DNA from: Ignavibacteria bacterium
Lineage (GTDB): Bacteria > Bacteroidota > Ignavibacteria > Kapaibacteriales > Kapaibacteriaceae
Direction: 5' to 3'
Length of the DNA: 64,000 nucleotides
Assembly: GCA_015709655.1 (NCBI GenBank)
Contig: CP054181.1
Span: 2,708,207-2,772,206 of the forward strand
The position numbers were made by a program, and so were the translations under genes. Within the stretch, counting starts at the first letter, position 1. The number at the start of each line of letters is the position of its first letter. The notes under the pieces are model-generated. The model did no database searches. It was not told the origin of the DNA and was given only the letters and a program-made list of their open reading frames with translations. Positions 1-8,923 of this stretch are shown here, piece after piece.

Positions 1-564
1 AATGTAAAAGAAATTGAGTATGTATCGGATGACACAAGTATCGTTCGGCGGAGTGCACGACCAAACTTTAAAGTTATAGGGAAAAAGTATGGTGATCGCA
101 CCCAGCTTGTTGCAGCGGCAATTCGTACCATGACTAACGACCATGTGCGGAAGTTGGAACAATCTTCGGTTTTGGCATGTACAGTGGGAGATGAAATTGT
201 TCAGGTGGAATACGAAGATGTTGAAATTATCAGCGAGGATATCGAAGGATGGCTGGTAGCTTCCGAGGGAACAATTACGGTAGCTTTAGATACTGAAATT
301 GATGATGTCCTCGAACGTGAAGGTCTGGCACGTGAGTTTGTTAGCAGAATCCAAAAAATCCGTAAGGATTCGGGCTTTAATGTTACCGACAGAGTGAGTT
401 TAGTCCTGGTTGGTGACGACGAAACATATAAAGCACTGGTATCCATGCGGTCGTACATTGTAATGGAAACGCTGGCGACATCGCTCGAGCGGGGGGAACA
501 GCCCGAAGGGGTTGATCTCGAGATTAACGGGCGCTTCGTCAACGTGCGCGTATTGCGCGACTGA
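1..564 (+). CDS. ileS: isoleucyl-tRNA synthetase, C-terminal fragment (5' part lies upstream of window)
   Basis: Frame 1 is open from nt 1 and is in frame with track ORF 130..564; tail ...[26 protein letters not shown] resembles type-2 IleS C-terminal anticodon-binding region; followed by the conserved ileS - dksA/traR-like - lspA neighbourhood. Confidence 0.7.
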   Translation, partial: NVKEIEYVSDDTSIVRRSARPNFKVIGKKYGDRTQLVAAAIRTMTNDHVRKLEQSSVLACTVGDEIVQVEYEDVEIISEDIEGWLVASEGTITVALDTEIDDVLEREGLAREFVSRIQKIRKDSGFNVTDRVSLVLVGDDETYKALVSMRSYIVMETLATSLERGEQPEGVDLEINGRFVNVRVLRD

Positions 565-569
565 AGCTT

Positions 570-606
570 GTGCGTCCATCGACGCACGCGTTTTCATTCA
601 CTTTTT
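570..606 (+). terminator. rho-independent terminator-like hairpin after ileS
   Basis: Perfect 7-bp stem GTGCGTC(570-576)/GACGCAC(581-587) with 4-nt loop, followed by T-rich tract gcgTTTTcaTTcacTTTTTat. Confidence 0.5.
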
Positions 607-624
607 ATCGGAGGTTTATTTCTA

Positions 625-908
625 TGGCAGTTGCCAAGAAAGCCGCCAAGAAGCCAGCCGCCAAAAAGGCCGCTGCTCCTAAGAAGCCAGCCGCAAAGAA
701 GGCTGTTGCTAAGAAACCGGTAGCCAAGAAGGCTGCCGCTAAGAAGCCAGTAGCCAAGAAGGCTGCCGCTAAGAAGCCAGTAGCCAAGAAGGCCGCTGCT
801 AAGAAGCCAGTAGCCAAGAAAGCTGCTGCTAAGAAGCCGGTAGCCAAGAAAGCTGCCGCTAAGAAGCCAGTAGCTAAGAAAGCTGCTGCAAAAAAAAAAA
901 TGAGCTAG
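625..908 (+). CDS. histone H1-like lysine/alanine-rich DNA-binding protein ([10 protein letters not shown] repeats)
   Basis: ATG at 625 (track ORF starts upstream at 570 on an alternative start); protein is almost entirely (A-K-K-P/A-A/V) repeats, pI very basic; such H1/Hc1-like proteins are common in Bacteroidota/Chlorobi. Confidence 0.7.
691..890. repeat. 30-bp in-frame tandem repeat (approx 6 copies; unit tagccaagaaggctgccgctaagaagccag) inside H1-like CDS, ending in an A11 homopolymer (890-900)
   Basis: Near-identical 30-mers at 721,751,781,811,841 with degenerate flanking copies; seen directly in sequence. Confidence 0.85.
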
Positions 909-979
909 CCCGAAACGGCAACTCATTTAATCCGGTTTCGCAACAGACTTCGTCGAAGACGTCAGCCGTCAGCAGGCAG

Positions 980-1642
980 ATGTCAAATGCGTCTAAAAAT
1001 ACTATTATAGAGATGAAGAATCAGGAACAAACAGCGAGAAAGCAGGAAGTGACGAAAAAGAAGTCTAACTCGAAAACCGGAAGCACATCACAAGCTGCTC
1101 CTGTGCGATCCACAGGAGCAGCTTCTGTTTCAAAACAGACAAAAACAACAAAAGCTTCAAAAGAAACAAAGGTGGTTAAGGCCGCCCCACTTGTACCGGT
1201 TCAGCCAAAGCCGAATGTTAGGTATAACGATAAGGACCTTGAGATGTTCAAGGTTAACATTGAACATTCCAAATCGGATGCTCTGGAAGAATTACGGATG
1301 CTGCGTGAGCGTCTTGACGATCTGACCAGCAGCGAGATGGCCGAAGAGAGTGCTATCTATTCTATGCACATGGCCGAGCAGGGATCTGAAGCAATGGAAA
1401 AAGAAAAAACCTATGCTCAGATTCAACGCATCCAGGAATACATCCGGAAGCTGGATGAAGCACTGATGCGTATTGATGAAAAAACGTACGGTATATGTCG
1501 GATGTGCGGAATTAAAATCGCCAAGGAACGCCTGCTTGCTGTGCCGATTACAACGTTGTCGGCATCGTACAAAATTCATCAGCAATGTCCGGAAGACGGC
1601 GTTGACCGCATTGTGGCAAAGCCCGGTGGCGTTATACGATAG
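980..1642 (+). CDS. DksA/TraR-family C4 zinc-finger protein with long K/T/S-rich disordered N-terminus
   Basis: C-terminal CRMCGIKIAKERLLAVPITTLSASYKIHQQC matches DksA/TraR C4 zinc finger; position between ileS and lspA is the conserved Bacteroidota arrangement. Confidence 0.75.
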   Translation: MSNASKNTIIEMKNQEQTARKQEVTKKKSNSKTGSTSQAAPVRSTGAASVSKQTKTTKASKETKVVKAAPLVPVQPKPNVRYNDKDLEMFKVNIEHSKSDALEELRMLRERLDDLTSSEMAEESAIYSMHMAEQGSEAMEKEKTYAQIQRIQEYIRKLDEALMRIDEKTYGICRMCGIKIAKERLLAVPITTLSASYKIHQQCPEDGVDRIVAKPGGVIR

Positions 1643-1648
1643 TGCTAC

Positions 1649-2245
1649 ATGCGGGTTTTCCGATTCCATTTGATTGCCGTGGCCCTGGTACTCCTGGATC
1701 AGTGTACAAAGCTTGCCGTTAAGGGTTTTTCGTTTATGGGCATTACCCATCAGGGGATGTACCTTGGTCAAAGTGAACCGCTCATCGGTGACATCGTCAG
1801 GCTAACATTTGTTGAAAATCCCGGAAGTGCCTTTGGTTTAGAATGGGGATCAGCGAAAATTGTCTTAACGCTGGCAACCGTGATCATTGCAGCTGCACTT
1901 GGCTGGTACCTCTATAAAATCAGAACTGGAAGTATGCTTCTTCAAACGGCAATAATGTTGCTTCTGGCCGGCGCTGTTGGTAATCTTATTGATCGTACAT
2001 TCTATGGCGTTGCCTATGGTCAGGCAGGACTGTTCCTTGGCAGCGTGGTTGACTTTGTGCAGCTTGATATTCCCGATATGAATATCATGGGGACGGTGTG
2101 GACACATTGGCCGGTTTTTAATGTGGCTGATTCCTGCGTTACCGTTGGCATCGCCCTGCTGCTTGGGTTAGAGATCGTTGCCGGCTTCAGAAAGAAAAAG
2201 GGTCCCACTGCTGAGCCTAACACGACCGATCATCAGGCACCGTAA
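1649..2245 (+). CDS. lspA: lipoprotein signal peptidase II
   Basis: Four TM profile; motifs FVENPGSAFGL and FNVADSCVTVG match LspA conserved boxes (NxGAAF, FNxAD). Confidence 0.85.
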   Translation: MRVFRFHLIAVALVLLDQCTKLAVKGFSFMGITHQGMYLGQSEPLIGDIVRLTFVENPGSAFGLEWGSAKIVLTLATVIIAAALGWYLYKIRTGSMLLQTAIMLLLAGAVGNLIDRTFYGVAYGQAGLFLGSVVDFVQLDIPDMNIMGTVWTHWPVFNVADSCVTVGIALLLGLEIVAGFRKKKGPTAEPNTTDHQAP

Positions 2246-2256
2246 GTGCCGCAACC

Positions 2257-3417
2257 ATGAAGAACCCGGCTGAACAGTATCCCGAGAAGGTGGAGTTCAC
2301 ATTTACATTGAACGTTCCGCAACGTCAGACGCCTGAACGGATCGATGCATTCATTTCGCGTAGTATTGAGCATGCTTCACGGTCACGTGTTCAGCGTGCT
2401 ATAGAACGCGGTACGGTTACGGTGAACGGTAAGCCCACAAAGTCAAACTATAAAATTCGTCCGGGCGATGTAATTCACGTTCTCGTTCGCAAACCTCCGC
2501 CACTGGAGTTAATCCCCGAAAATATACCGCTGGATATTCTGTTTGAAGATGAACATCTTATCGTCATCAATAAGATGCCCGGTATGCTGGTGCACCCCGG
2601 CATCGGCAACAGGTCGGGGACATTGGTGAATGCAGTTCTGTGGCATCTCGGACAGCGGGAGGCCGTTCCTGTCCTGGGTAATCGTGAGTCACTTGCCGAT
2701 TACGACGATACAGATGATGACGGCGAGTCAGACGGCGATGATGGTATGGAGGATGGCATACTGGAAACACCTGACTCCAGTCCCTCCGAATTTCTGTCTG
2801 CACAAGCCGTACGCCCGGGTATCGTCCATCGTTTGGACCGCGACACGTCGGGAGTGATGGTTGTTGGAAAAAACTATGCTACAACACTGCACCTTTCTAA
2901 TCAGTTTGCTCAACGTATAGTTCAGCGTGAGTATGTAGCTCTTGCATGGGGTGTTATGCAGGATGATGCCATGCTTATTGAAACCAATATCGGACGCAGT
3001 ACAAGAGATCGCAGACTGTATGCTGTTGTGCAGCGCAATGGGAAATACGCTGCTACGCAGGTTGCCGTTGTAGAACGCTACAACTGTGCAACGTTGATTA
3101 CCTGTAAGTTGCATACAGGCCGGACACATCAGATACGGGTTCATACAAGTTGGAAACAGCACCCGCTCGTGGGCGACAAAGAGTACGGAGGTGCAGATTC
3201 AGTGCTCAACGGAATCCACCATGCGTTTCGGCCTCAGGCACGACAGGTTCTGCTCACTATCCAGCGGCAGGCACTGCATGCCCGATTGCTTGAATTTGTA
3301 CATCCAGCAACCAGGCAACCTATGAAGTTCACTACACCTGTCCCAGAAGATTTCCTTTCGGCTATTCGTACAGTACGTCCTACCGAGGCAGGGCCGCTCC
3401 CCCCATGCCTTTGCTAA
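2257..3417 (+). CDS. rluD: RluA/RluD-family 23S rRNA pseudouridine synthase with S4 domain and an unusual acidic insertion
   Basis: N-terminal S4-like RNA-binding segment, catalytic HRLDRDTSG motif; 30-aa D/E-rich insert (DYDDTDDDGESDGDDGMEDG) between conserved blocks. Confidence 0.8.
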   Translation: MKNPAEQYPEKVEFTFTLNVPQRQTPERIDAFISRSIEHASRSRVQRAIERGTVTVNGKPTKSNYKIRPGDVIHVLVRKPPPLELIPENIPLDILFEDEHLIVINKMPGMLVHPGIGNRSGTLVNAVLWHLGQREAVPVLGNRESLADYDDTDDDGESDGDDGMEDGILETPDSSPSEFLSAQAVRPGIVHRLDRDTSGVMVVGKNYATTLHLSNQFAQRIVQREYVALAWGVMQDDAMLIETNIGRSTRDRRLYAVVQRNGKYAATQVAVVERYNCATLITCKLHTGRTHQIRVHTSWKQHPLVGDKEYGGADSVLNGIHHAFRPQARQVLLTIQRQALHARLLEFVHPATRQPMKFTTPVPEDFLSAIRTVRPTEAGPLPPCLC

Positions 3418-4069
3418 TTGCACTTGCGCGTCGCTTAATATAAGCCGAAGGCCTGCCGGCATTAAACCGCCTTGGATTGGGGAGTACCGCTACAAGCAGT
3501 GCCGATTCCATTCGTGTTAACCGTGCCGCTGTTTTACCAAAGTAATGTTGTGCCGCCGCTTCAACACCATACACACCGTCGCCCCACTCCACAACATTAA
3601 GGTACATTTCCAGGATTCGACGCTTGCCCCATACTGCCTCGATACAGTACGTGATTCCAACCTCAAACGCCTTCCGTACCATCGTCCTGCTCGGTACCAA
3701 ATACACACTTCGTGCTGTTTGCATACTTATGGTACTGGCACCAAGGGGCGGACGTCCGCGCTTGACCCTTGAGGGGTTAACTCTCTTTGCACGGTCAACT
3801 GCACGCCAGTCCACGCCGCCATGAATCAGGAAGGCCCTGTCCTCACTGGCAATGACTCCGCGCTGTACCCACGTTGACATTTCATCAATCGATACCCAGT
3901 CGTAGTGAAGCCCTCCCGAGTATTTTGTGAACGGGGCTTCGGCCAGACGCCAAATCATGAGCGGCGTGTAACAGGGTGGAAACCATCGCAACAGAACAAT
4001 ACTTACAATGAATAAGCCGCTAACCGTGAGGATATTAAGCCATAAACCACGAAAAAGTTTTTTCCACAT
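3380..4069 (-). CDS. mtgA: monofunctional biosynthetic peptidoglycan transglycosylase (GT51)
   Basis: GT51 motifs IASEDRAFLIHGGVDWRAV and RGxSTISMQ; N-terminal TM; likely start is the ATG giving MWKKLFRGL (track start 4138 is a longer alternative); 3' end overlaps rluD convergently. Confidence 0.75.
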   Translation of the reverse strand: MWKKLFRGLWLNILTVSGLFIVSIVLLRWFPPCYTPLMIWRLAEAPFTKYSGGLHYDWVSIDEMSTWVQRGVIASEDRAFLIHGGVDWRAVDRAKRVNPSRVKRGRPPLGASTISMQTARSVYLVPSRTMVRKAFEVGITYCIEAVWGKRRILEMYLNVVEWGDGVYGVEAAAQHYFGKTAARLTRMESALLVAVLPNPRRFNAGRPSAYIKRRASAISKGMGGAALPR

Positions 4070-4095
4070 GCTCTGATTTGGGACTTTACGTTTGT

Positions 4096-4103
4096 TAGGT
4101 TTG
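4096..4103 (+). promoter_or_regulatory. candidate Bacteroidota-type -7 promoter box (TAggTTTG) upstream of lrp
   Basis: Matches TAnnTTTG consensus 24 nt upstream of ATG 4128. Confidence 0.3.
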
Positions 4104-4127
4104 CACACGAAATAATTGACAAAAGTA

Positions 4128-4607
4128 ATGGAAATCACATTAAAACCACTCGATAGGGAAATTTGTAGGATCCTTCAGGACAATGCCCGACTCAGTTTGA
4201 GCGAGGTGGCAGACAGGGTTGGAGCCTCGGTTCCAACAGTCAGTGAACGGGTAAAAAGACTTGAGGCGAACGGTGTGATTCGTGGATACCATGCTGTAAT
4301 CAGTTCCGATGCTCTTGGGTACGACGTGACGGCATTCATCTTCGTTGATGCAGAATCAAGCGATGTTTACAGCCAGTTCCGGAGGAACTGTCTGAAACAT
4401 GCCGATATTTTGGAGGTTCATGCAATTACCGGAACGGCCTCACATATTGTTAAGGTTCGCGTCCGCAATACCTCGCAGCTCGAGGAACTTTTAAGCGTAA
4501 TGCAGCGCTGGAAAGGGGTTACGCGCACGGTAACTCATGTTGTGCTGAGCACGCACAAGGAAACACAGAACTTGGAAATCAAACCAACATCCGCAGAAAG
4601 TAAATAA
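4128..4607 (+). CDS. Lrp/AsnC-family transcriptional regulator
   Basis: N-terminal HTH (LSEVADRVGASVPTVSERVKRLEANGVIRGY) plus C-terminal RAM domain; track start 4116 is TTG, ATG at 4128 more likely. Confidence 0.8.
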   Translation: MEITLKPLDREICRILQDNARLSLSEVADRVGASVPTVSERVKRLEANGVIRGYHAVISSDALGYDVTAFIFVDAESSDVYSQFRRNCLKHADILEVHAITGTASHIVKVRVRNTSQLEELLSVMQRWKGVTRTVTHVVLSTHKETQNLEIKPTSAESK

Positions 4608-4608
4608 A

Positions 4609-6738
4609 ATGCACACAAACGCAACCGATGTACCCCGGTCAGCAAAACTTGTTTCTGATACGTTAACGGAGGCCTTTGCCGATGATGTTTTAACAGCCGA
4701 CCAACTGCGTCAGCGCTTAAGCAGGAGTGTGTGGGAGTCAATTAGTAACACAATTGATAAAGCCACGGTGATCGATAGTGCAATAGCCGACACGGTGGCA
4801 CTGGCAATGAAAACATGGGCAATTGAAAAAGGGGCTACCCATTATTCACATTGGTTTCAGCCCCTTACAGGTCTTACAGCTGAAAAGCATGAATCGTTTG
4901 TTGTACCCACTTCAAACGGGTCGGCAATTTCGCAATTCAGCGGGAAGGAGCTGATTCAGGGAGAGCCCGATGCATCCAGTTTTCCAAGTGGTGGTCTGCG
5001 TGCTACCTTCGAGGCCAGGGGCTATACGGCATGGGATCCAACATCGCCCGCTTTTATTGTCCGTCATGACAACGGTGCCACATTGTATATCCCCACGGCA
5101 TTTGCAAGCTGGACGGGTGAGGCACTGGATCACAAAATTCCGCTGCTTCGGAGTACGAATGCACTCAATCATGCAGTTCTGAAAGCACTAAAATTATTTG
5201 GTGATTCTTCGGTTGAAAACGTAACAAGTGCCGTTGGTGCAGAGCAGGAGTATTTTCTGGTCGACGCTGAGTATGCCAAACGCCGACCTGACCTTGCACT
5301 AACCGGGCGGACGTTGTTTGGCGCACGCCCGCCACGTGGTCAGGAGTTAAGCGACCATTACTTTGGTTCGATACCAAACCGTGTACTGAGCTATATGACG
5401 GATGTGGAACAGCAGCTGTTCGCACTTGGCGTTCCGGTGAGAACCCGCCATAACGAAGTTGCACCCGGTCAGTATGAATTTGCCCCGCTGTACGAAGGTG
5501 CAAATATTGCAGCCGACCATCAGCAACTGGTGATGAAGGTGCTTAGGAATACGGCACGGAAACATGGCTTTGTTTGTCTGCTGCACGAAAAACCGTTTAG
5601 TGGAATTAACGGGAGCGGCAAGCACGTGAACTGGAGCATCATCACCAATACGGGAGTGAATCTTCTGGAGCCTGGCGATACTCCATTTGAGAATATGATG
5701 TTTCTGTTTTTCTGCACGGCAATTATCCGTGCCGTCAACCTCCACTCAGACTTGCTGCGTATTAGCGTTGCTACAGCATCGAACGATCTACGCATGGGGG
5801 CCCACGAAGCACCGCCAACAATTATGAGCATTTACCTTGGCGCAGAGCTGACCGACGTCTTTGAACGCATCGAGAGTGGTAAGGCCGGAAGTAAACGGGC
5901 TCGTGGGCTGCTGGGGTTAGGCTCACCGGTGCTGCCTCCGATACCGTTGCACAGTGGTGACCGTAACCGGACGTCACCATTTGCATTTACGGGTAACAAG
6001 TTTGAATTCAGAGCCGTGGGGTCGTCGCAGACCATCAGCTTTCCGGTAACGGTTCTAAACAGTATCGTTGCTGAATCAGTGATATATCAGTCAGCACAGA
6101 TCGAAGCTCTTCTGGCTTCGGGCGAACAGTTCGAAAACGCACTGCGCACTGTGATTAGTTCCACCTACTCCGAACATAAACGTATTTTGTTTGATGGCGA
6201 TGGTTATAATCCTCAGTGGATTACAACTGCTGCCGAGCGTGGTTTGCCCGTTTATGCATCATGCGTTGATGCCTATGAACAGTTAACCTCACAGAAGAAT
6301 ATTCAACTCTTTGAGCAGTTGCAGGTGTTTAATGCCCGTGAACTCGAAGCCCGACAAGAAGTGCTGTACGATCAGTATTTTAAGACTATCAACATCGAAG
6401 CAGAAACCACAGAGTGGATTGCCCGTACAATGATTGTCCCCGCAGTATTTGATTTTATCGCTCGTACCCAGTTGGTACAAACGCACAGCACGTTTGCGCA
6501 GGAAACGCACCACAAGCTGGTAGAGGCAATAGACAAGTTTGGGAGCGCTCTTGGAGAGCTGCACAGGCAAAATGTTGAGCTGGGTGGCAGCGATGTACGG
6601 AGCAAGTGCACGCACATGGTACAGAATGTGCTGCCTGCAATGAAGGCTGTCCGCCACGTAGCCGATAAACTTGAGCGCATCTGTGACTCTGCTGTATGGC
6701 CAATGCCGGGATACCGCGAAATGTGGCTGGTTCGGTAA
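4609..6738 (+). CDS. glutamine synthetase type III (GSIII, ~709 aa)
   Basis: Length and motifs (GSGKHVNWS, NEVAPGQYEF) typical of GSIII found in Bacteroidota; start ATG is 1 nt after lrp stop. Confidence 0.85.
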   Translation: MHTNATDVPRSAKLVSDTLTEAFADDVLTADQLRQRLSRSVWESISNTIDKATVIDSAIADTVALAMKTWAIEKGATHYSHWFQPLTGLTAEKHESFVVPTSNGSAISQFSGKELIQGEPDASSFPSGGLRATFEARGYTAWDPTSPAFIVRHDNGATLYIPTAFASWTGEALDHKIPLLRSTNALNHAVLKALKLFGDSSVENVTSAVGAEQEYFLVDAEYAKRRPDLALTGRTLFGARPPRGQELSDHYFGSIPNRVLSYMTDVEQQLFALGVPVRTRHNEVAPGQYEFAPLYEGANIAADHQQLVMKVLRNTARKHGFVCLLHEKPFSGINGSGKHVNWSIITNTGVNLLEPGDTPFENMMFLFFCTAIIRAVNLHSDLLRISVATASNDLRMGAHEAPPTIMSIYLGAELTDVFERIESGKAGSKRARGLLGLGSPVLPPIPLHSGDRNRTSPFAFTGNKFEFRAVGSSQTISFPVTVLNSIVAESVIYQSAQIEALLASGEQFENALRTVISSTYSEHKRILFDGDGYNPQWITTAAERGLPVYASCVDAYEQLTSQKNIQLFEQLQVFNARELEARQEVLYDQYFKTINIEAETTEWIARTMIVPAVFDFIARTQLVQTHSTFAQETHHKLVEAIDKFGSALGELHRQNVELGGSDVRSKCTHMVQNVLPAMKAVRHVADKLERICDSAVWPMPGYREMWLVR

Positions 6739-6819
6739 AGACGGTGCTCGTTTCTACGGTTCATTGTTCGGAGATCACTCCGTGTGATGATGGTGCAATT
6801 ATTGCTAGGTGCCAACGCA

Positions 6820-8898
6820 ATGGAAAAGCTCCTGGTCTGGATGTTTCTCGCATCGGTATCAACCGCACTGTGTGCCGTATCAATCAGCGGCCCGCGGGTG
6901 ATATGCGGTCAAACCGACATTGTACTGTCGGCACCCGCAGGGATGATCCGCTATTCGTGGAATACCGGTTCAACCGACAGACAGATCACTGTAACGTCGG
7001 CCGGGACCTATACCTGTACTGTAACTCTGCCAAATGGTAATATCGACACCGGCGTAGCCGTTGTTCGTCAGGCCTTTATTCCGCATCCTTCGATTGGTAA
7101 TCCGGTTGAATATCTGTGTGCAGGTGATCAGCTTCGGCTGGAAGCACCAACCACATTCGTGTCGTACCGCTGGAATACCGGGGATACCACAAGTTCCATC
7201 CGGGTGACTCAGGAGGGAAGGTTCCGTCTAACAGTTGTTGATACCAACGGATGCACGGGTACGTCAGACGAAATACTGGTGCTGGTTATTCCAAAACCTG
7301 TTGTCAGTATTCAGGGGCCAACGTCGGTGTGTAAAGATGGTACACTTGTTCACTATGTTTCCGGACAGTACAATACTTCGTATTCCTGGATGGCTGATGG
7401 TGGTGTGGTGGAAAGCGGGCAGGGTACACCGGCTGTTAAGGTACGGTGGAGCAGGTCGGGTTCTCTCACCGTCCGTGCCGTTACCACCCGCCCCGATGGT
7501 GGTGTTTGCACCAAGGATACCACGGTAAAGGTTAACGTCCTGGCATCGGTGAAGCCAACGATATCATATACGCGACGAGATATCTGTACCGGTGACTCCG
7601 TGCAACTGACGGCGGTTACCGGCGGTAACGTTGTCTGGAATACCGGTGACACAACCCAGACCATCACCGTGCGGAACGGAGGTTACTACTATGTAACGGT
7701 TACCGGAGTTGACGGATGCTCAGGGGTAAGCGATACTGTTGAAGTTATTGAGTTTCAGAAACCGCAGATCACGATTACTGGGCCCCGCATCCTGTGTCCA
7801 GGAAATTCCGCTGTCCTGACCGCATCCGATACGCGGGGAGAAGTTGTTCGCTGGGTGTGGAATACCGGGGAGCAGGGTAGCAGCATCCGGATCACTGCAC
7901 CCGGAACCTACTCGGTAACCGGAACAACGCTTGACGCATGTTCAGAAACCACGTCGATCACTCTTGGAGTGCAGCCTCCAATAGCGATGAGTGTTCCTGA
8001 TGTCAACGTTGGAGTTGTACCCACAGGACTGTATGTTCAGCCTGTAGTACAAGTCGCTAACAATGGCGTGAACGATGTTAGCGTTATTTCGGTTCAATCA
8101 TCATCGCCGGTTACCGTTAAACCGCAAACACCACGACTGGTGGGTGCCGGAACACGTCAGAACTTTACGGTTCAGTTCCTGCCTCTTGTTCCCGGTGCAT
8201 TTTCAATAACGCTCAGGTGGGTGCTGATGGACTCCGAGTGCCAGGATACGATAACTTCCAGGATCACGGGGATTGCCGTTGGTGACACCATCACAGGCGA
8301 GGTAAGTATATCCATCCCCGATACCACAGTACCGGTTGGCACTTTTCTGAACATCCCGATTCGGCTGCAGTCAACCCTGCACTTTAATGGTTCTACCACA
8401 GTCCGGTTTACGGTGCGTACTCCACGGAATGCACTGAATGTGCTTGGGTCAGGAGGGTGCAGTATCGAACGTGTAGCTCAGGAAGCTACAGACAATGTGT
8501 ACCACATTTTATTTGCAGGCTATCCATCGGGTCAGGCAGATACCACAGTGTACCTGAACGTTCAGACCATGCTACGAAGGCCGGAGCGTGCTCCGGTGAC
8601 AGCGGATAGTGTAACCCTTGAGAACGGCGTTGTTCCATTGGCAATGTATCACAACGGTTCGGTTGCGATAACCGGCTGCTGGATTGAAGGCAGACTGGTA
8701 ACGTTTCAGCAACTACATGCAACACTGGTGGTGTACCAGCTAAACGGACAGCAGGTGTACCGGCAAACTTATAACATCACACCTGAAGAAATCCGTGGCA
8801 TTGTAAACAAACTTGGAAGTTCAGGTACTCCGTTCCTTGCAGCAGTGTATTTGGCGGACGGAACGTATTACTGGAGCAGCTTTATTGTTGCACAGTAA
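6820..8898 (+). CDS. secreted protein with repeated Ig-like/PKD-like domains and probable C-terminal sorting (T9SS-like) domain
   Basis: Signal peptide MEKLLVWMFLASVSTALCAV (ATG 6820; track starts 6784); about 6 repeats of a ~80-aa module with conserved C...G..C (e.g. SIQGPTSVCKDG, TITGPRILCPGNS); aromatic-rich C-terminus ...GTYYWSSFIVAQ. Confidence 0.6.
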   Translation: MEKLLVWMFLASVSTALCAVSISGPRVICGQTDIVLSAPAGMIRYSWNTGSTDRQITVTSAGTYTCTVTLPNGNIDTGVAVVRQAFIPHPSIGNPVEYLCAGDQLRLEAPTTFVSYRWNTGDTTSSIRVTQEGRFRLTVVDTNGCTGTSDEILVLVIPKPVVSIQGPTSVCKDGTLVHYVSGQYNTSYSWMADGGVVESGQGTPAVKVRWSRSGSLTVRAVTTRPDGGVCTKDTTVKVNVLASVKPTISYTRRDICTGDSVQLTAVTGGNVVWNTGDTTQTITVRNGGYYYVTVTGVDGCSGVSDTVEVIEFQKPQITITGPRILCPGNSAVLTASDTRGEVVRWVWNTGEQGSSIRITAPGTYSVTGTTLDACSETTSITLGVQPPIAMSVPDVNVGVVPTGLYVQPVVQVANNGVNDVSVISVQSSSPVTVKPQTPRLVGAGTRQNFTVQFLPLVPGAFSITLRWVLMDSECQDTITSRITGIAVGDTITGEVSISIPDTTVPVGTFLNIPIRLQSTLHFNGSTTVRFTVRTPRNALNVLGSGGCSIERVAQEATDNVYHILFAGYPSGQADTTVYLNVQTMLRRPERAPVTADSVTLENGVVPLAMYHNGSVAITGCWIEGRLVTFQQLHATLVVYQLNGQQVYRQTYNITPEEIRGIVNKLGSSGTPFLAAVYLADGTYYWSSFIVAQ

Positions 8899-8923
8899 AC
8901 AATGGTTCTGTCCGCAGCCAATG

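Noticed and set aside
594-926. Minus-strand ORFs (110 aa and 80 aa) inside the H1-like gene
   Set aside because: They are mirror images of the 30-bp repeat. The lysine-rich plus-strand frame has the clear start and context.
3517-3824. Small plus- and minus-strand ORFs within mtgA
   Set aside because: They overlap a gene with clear GT51 motifs and have no independent support.
4609-6738. Glutamine synthetase type I assignment
   Set aside because: The 709-aa length and motif arrangement fit GSIII, not the ~470-aa GSI.
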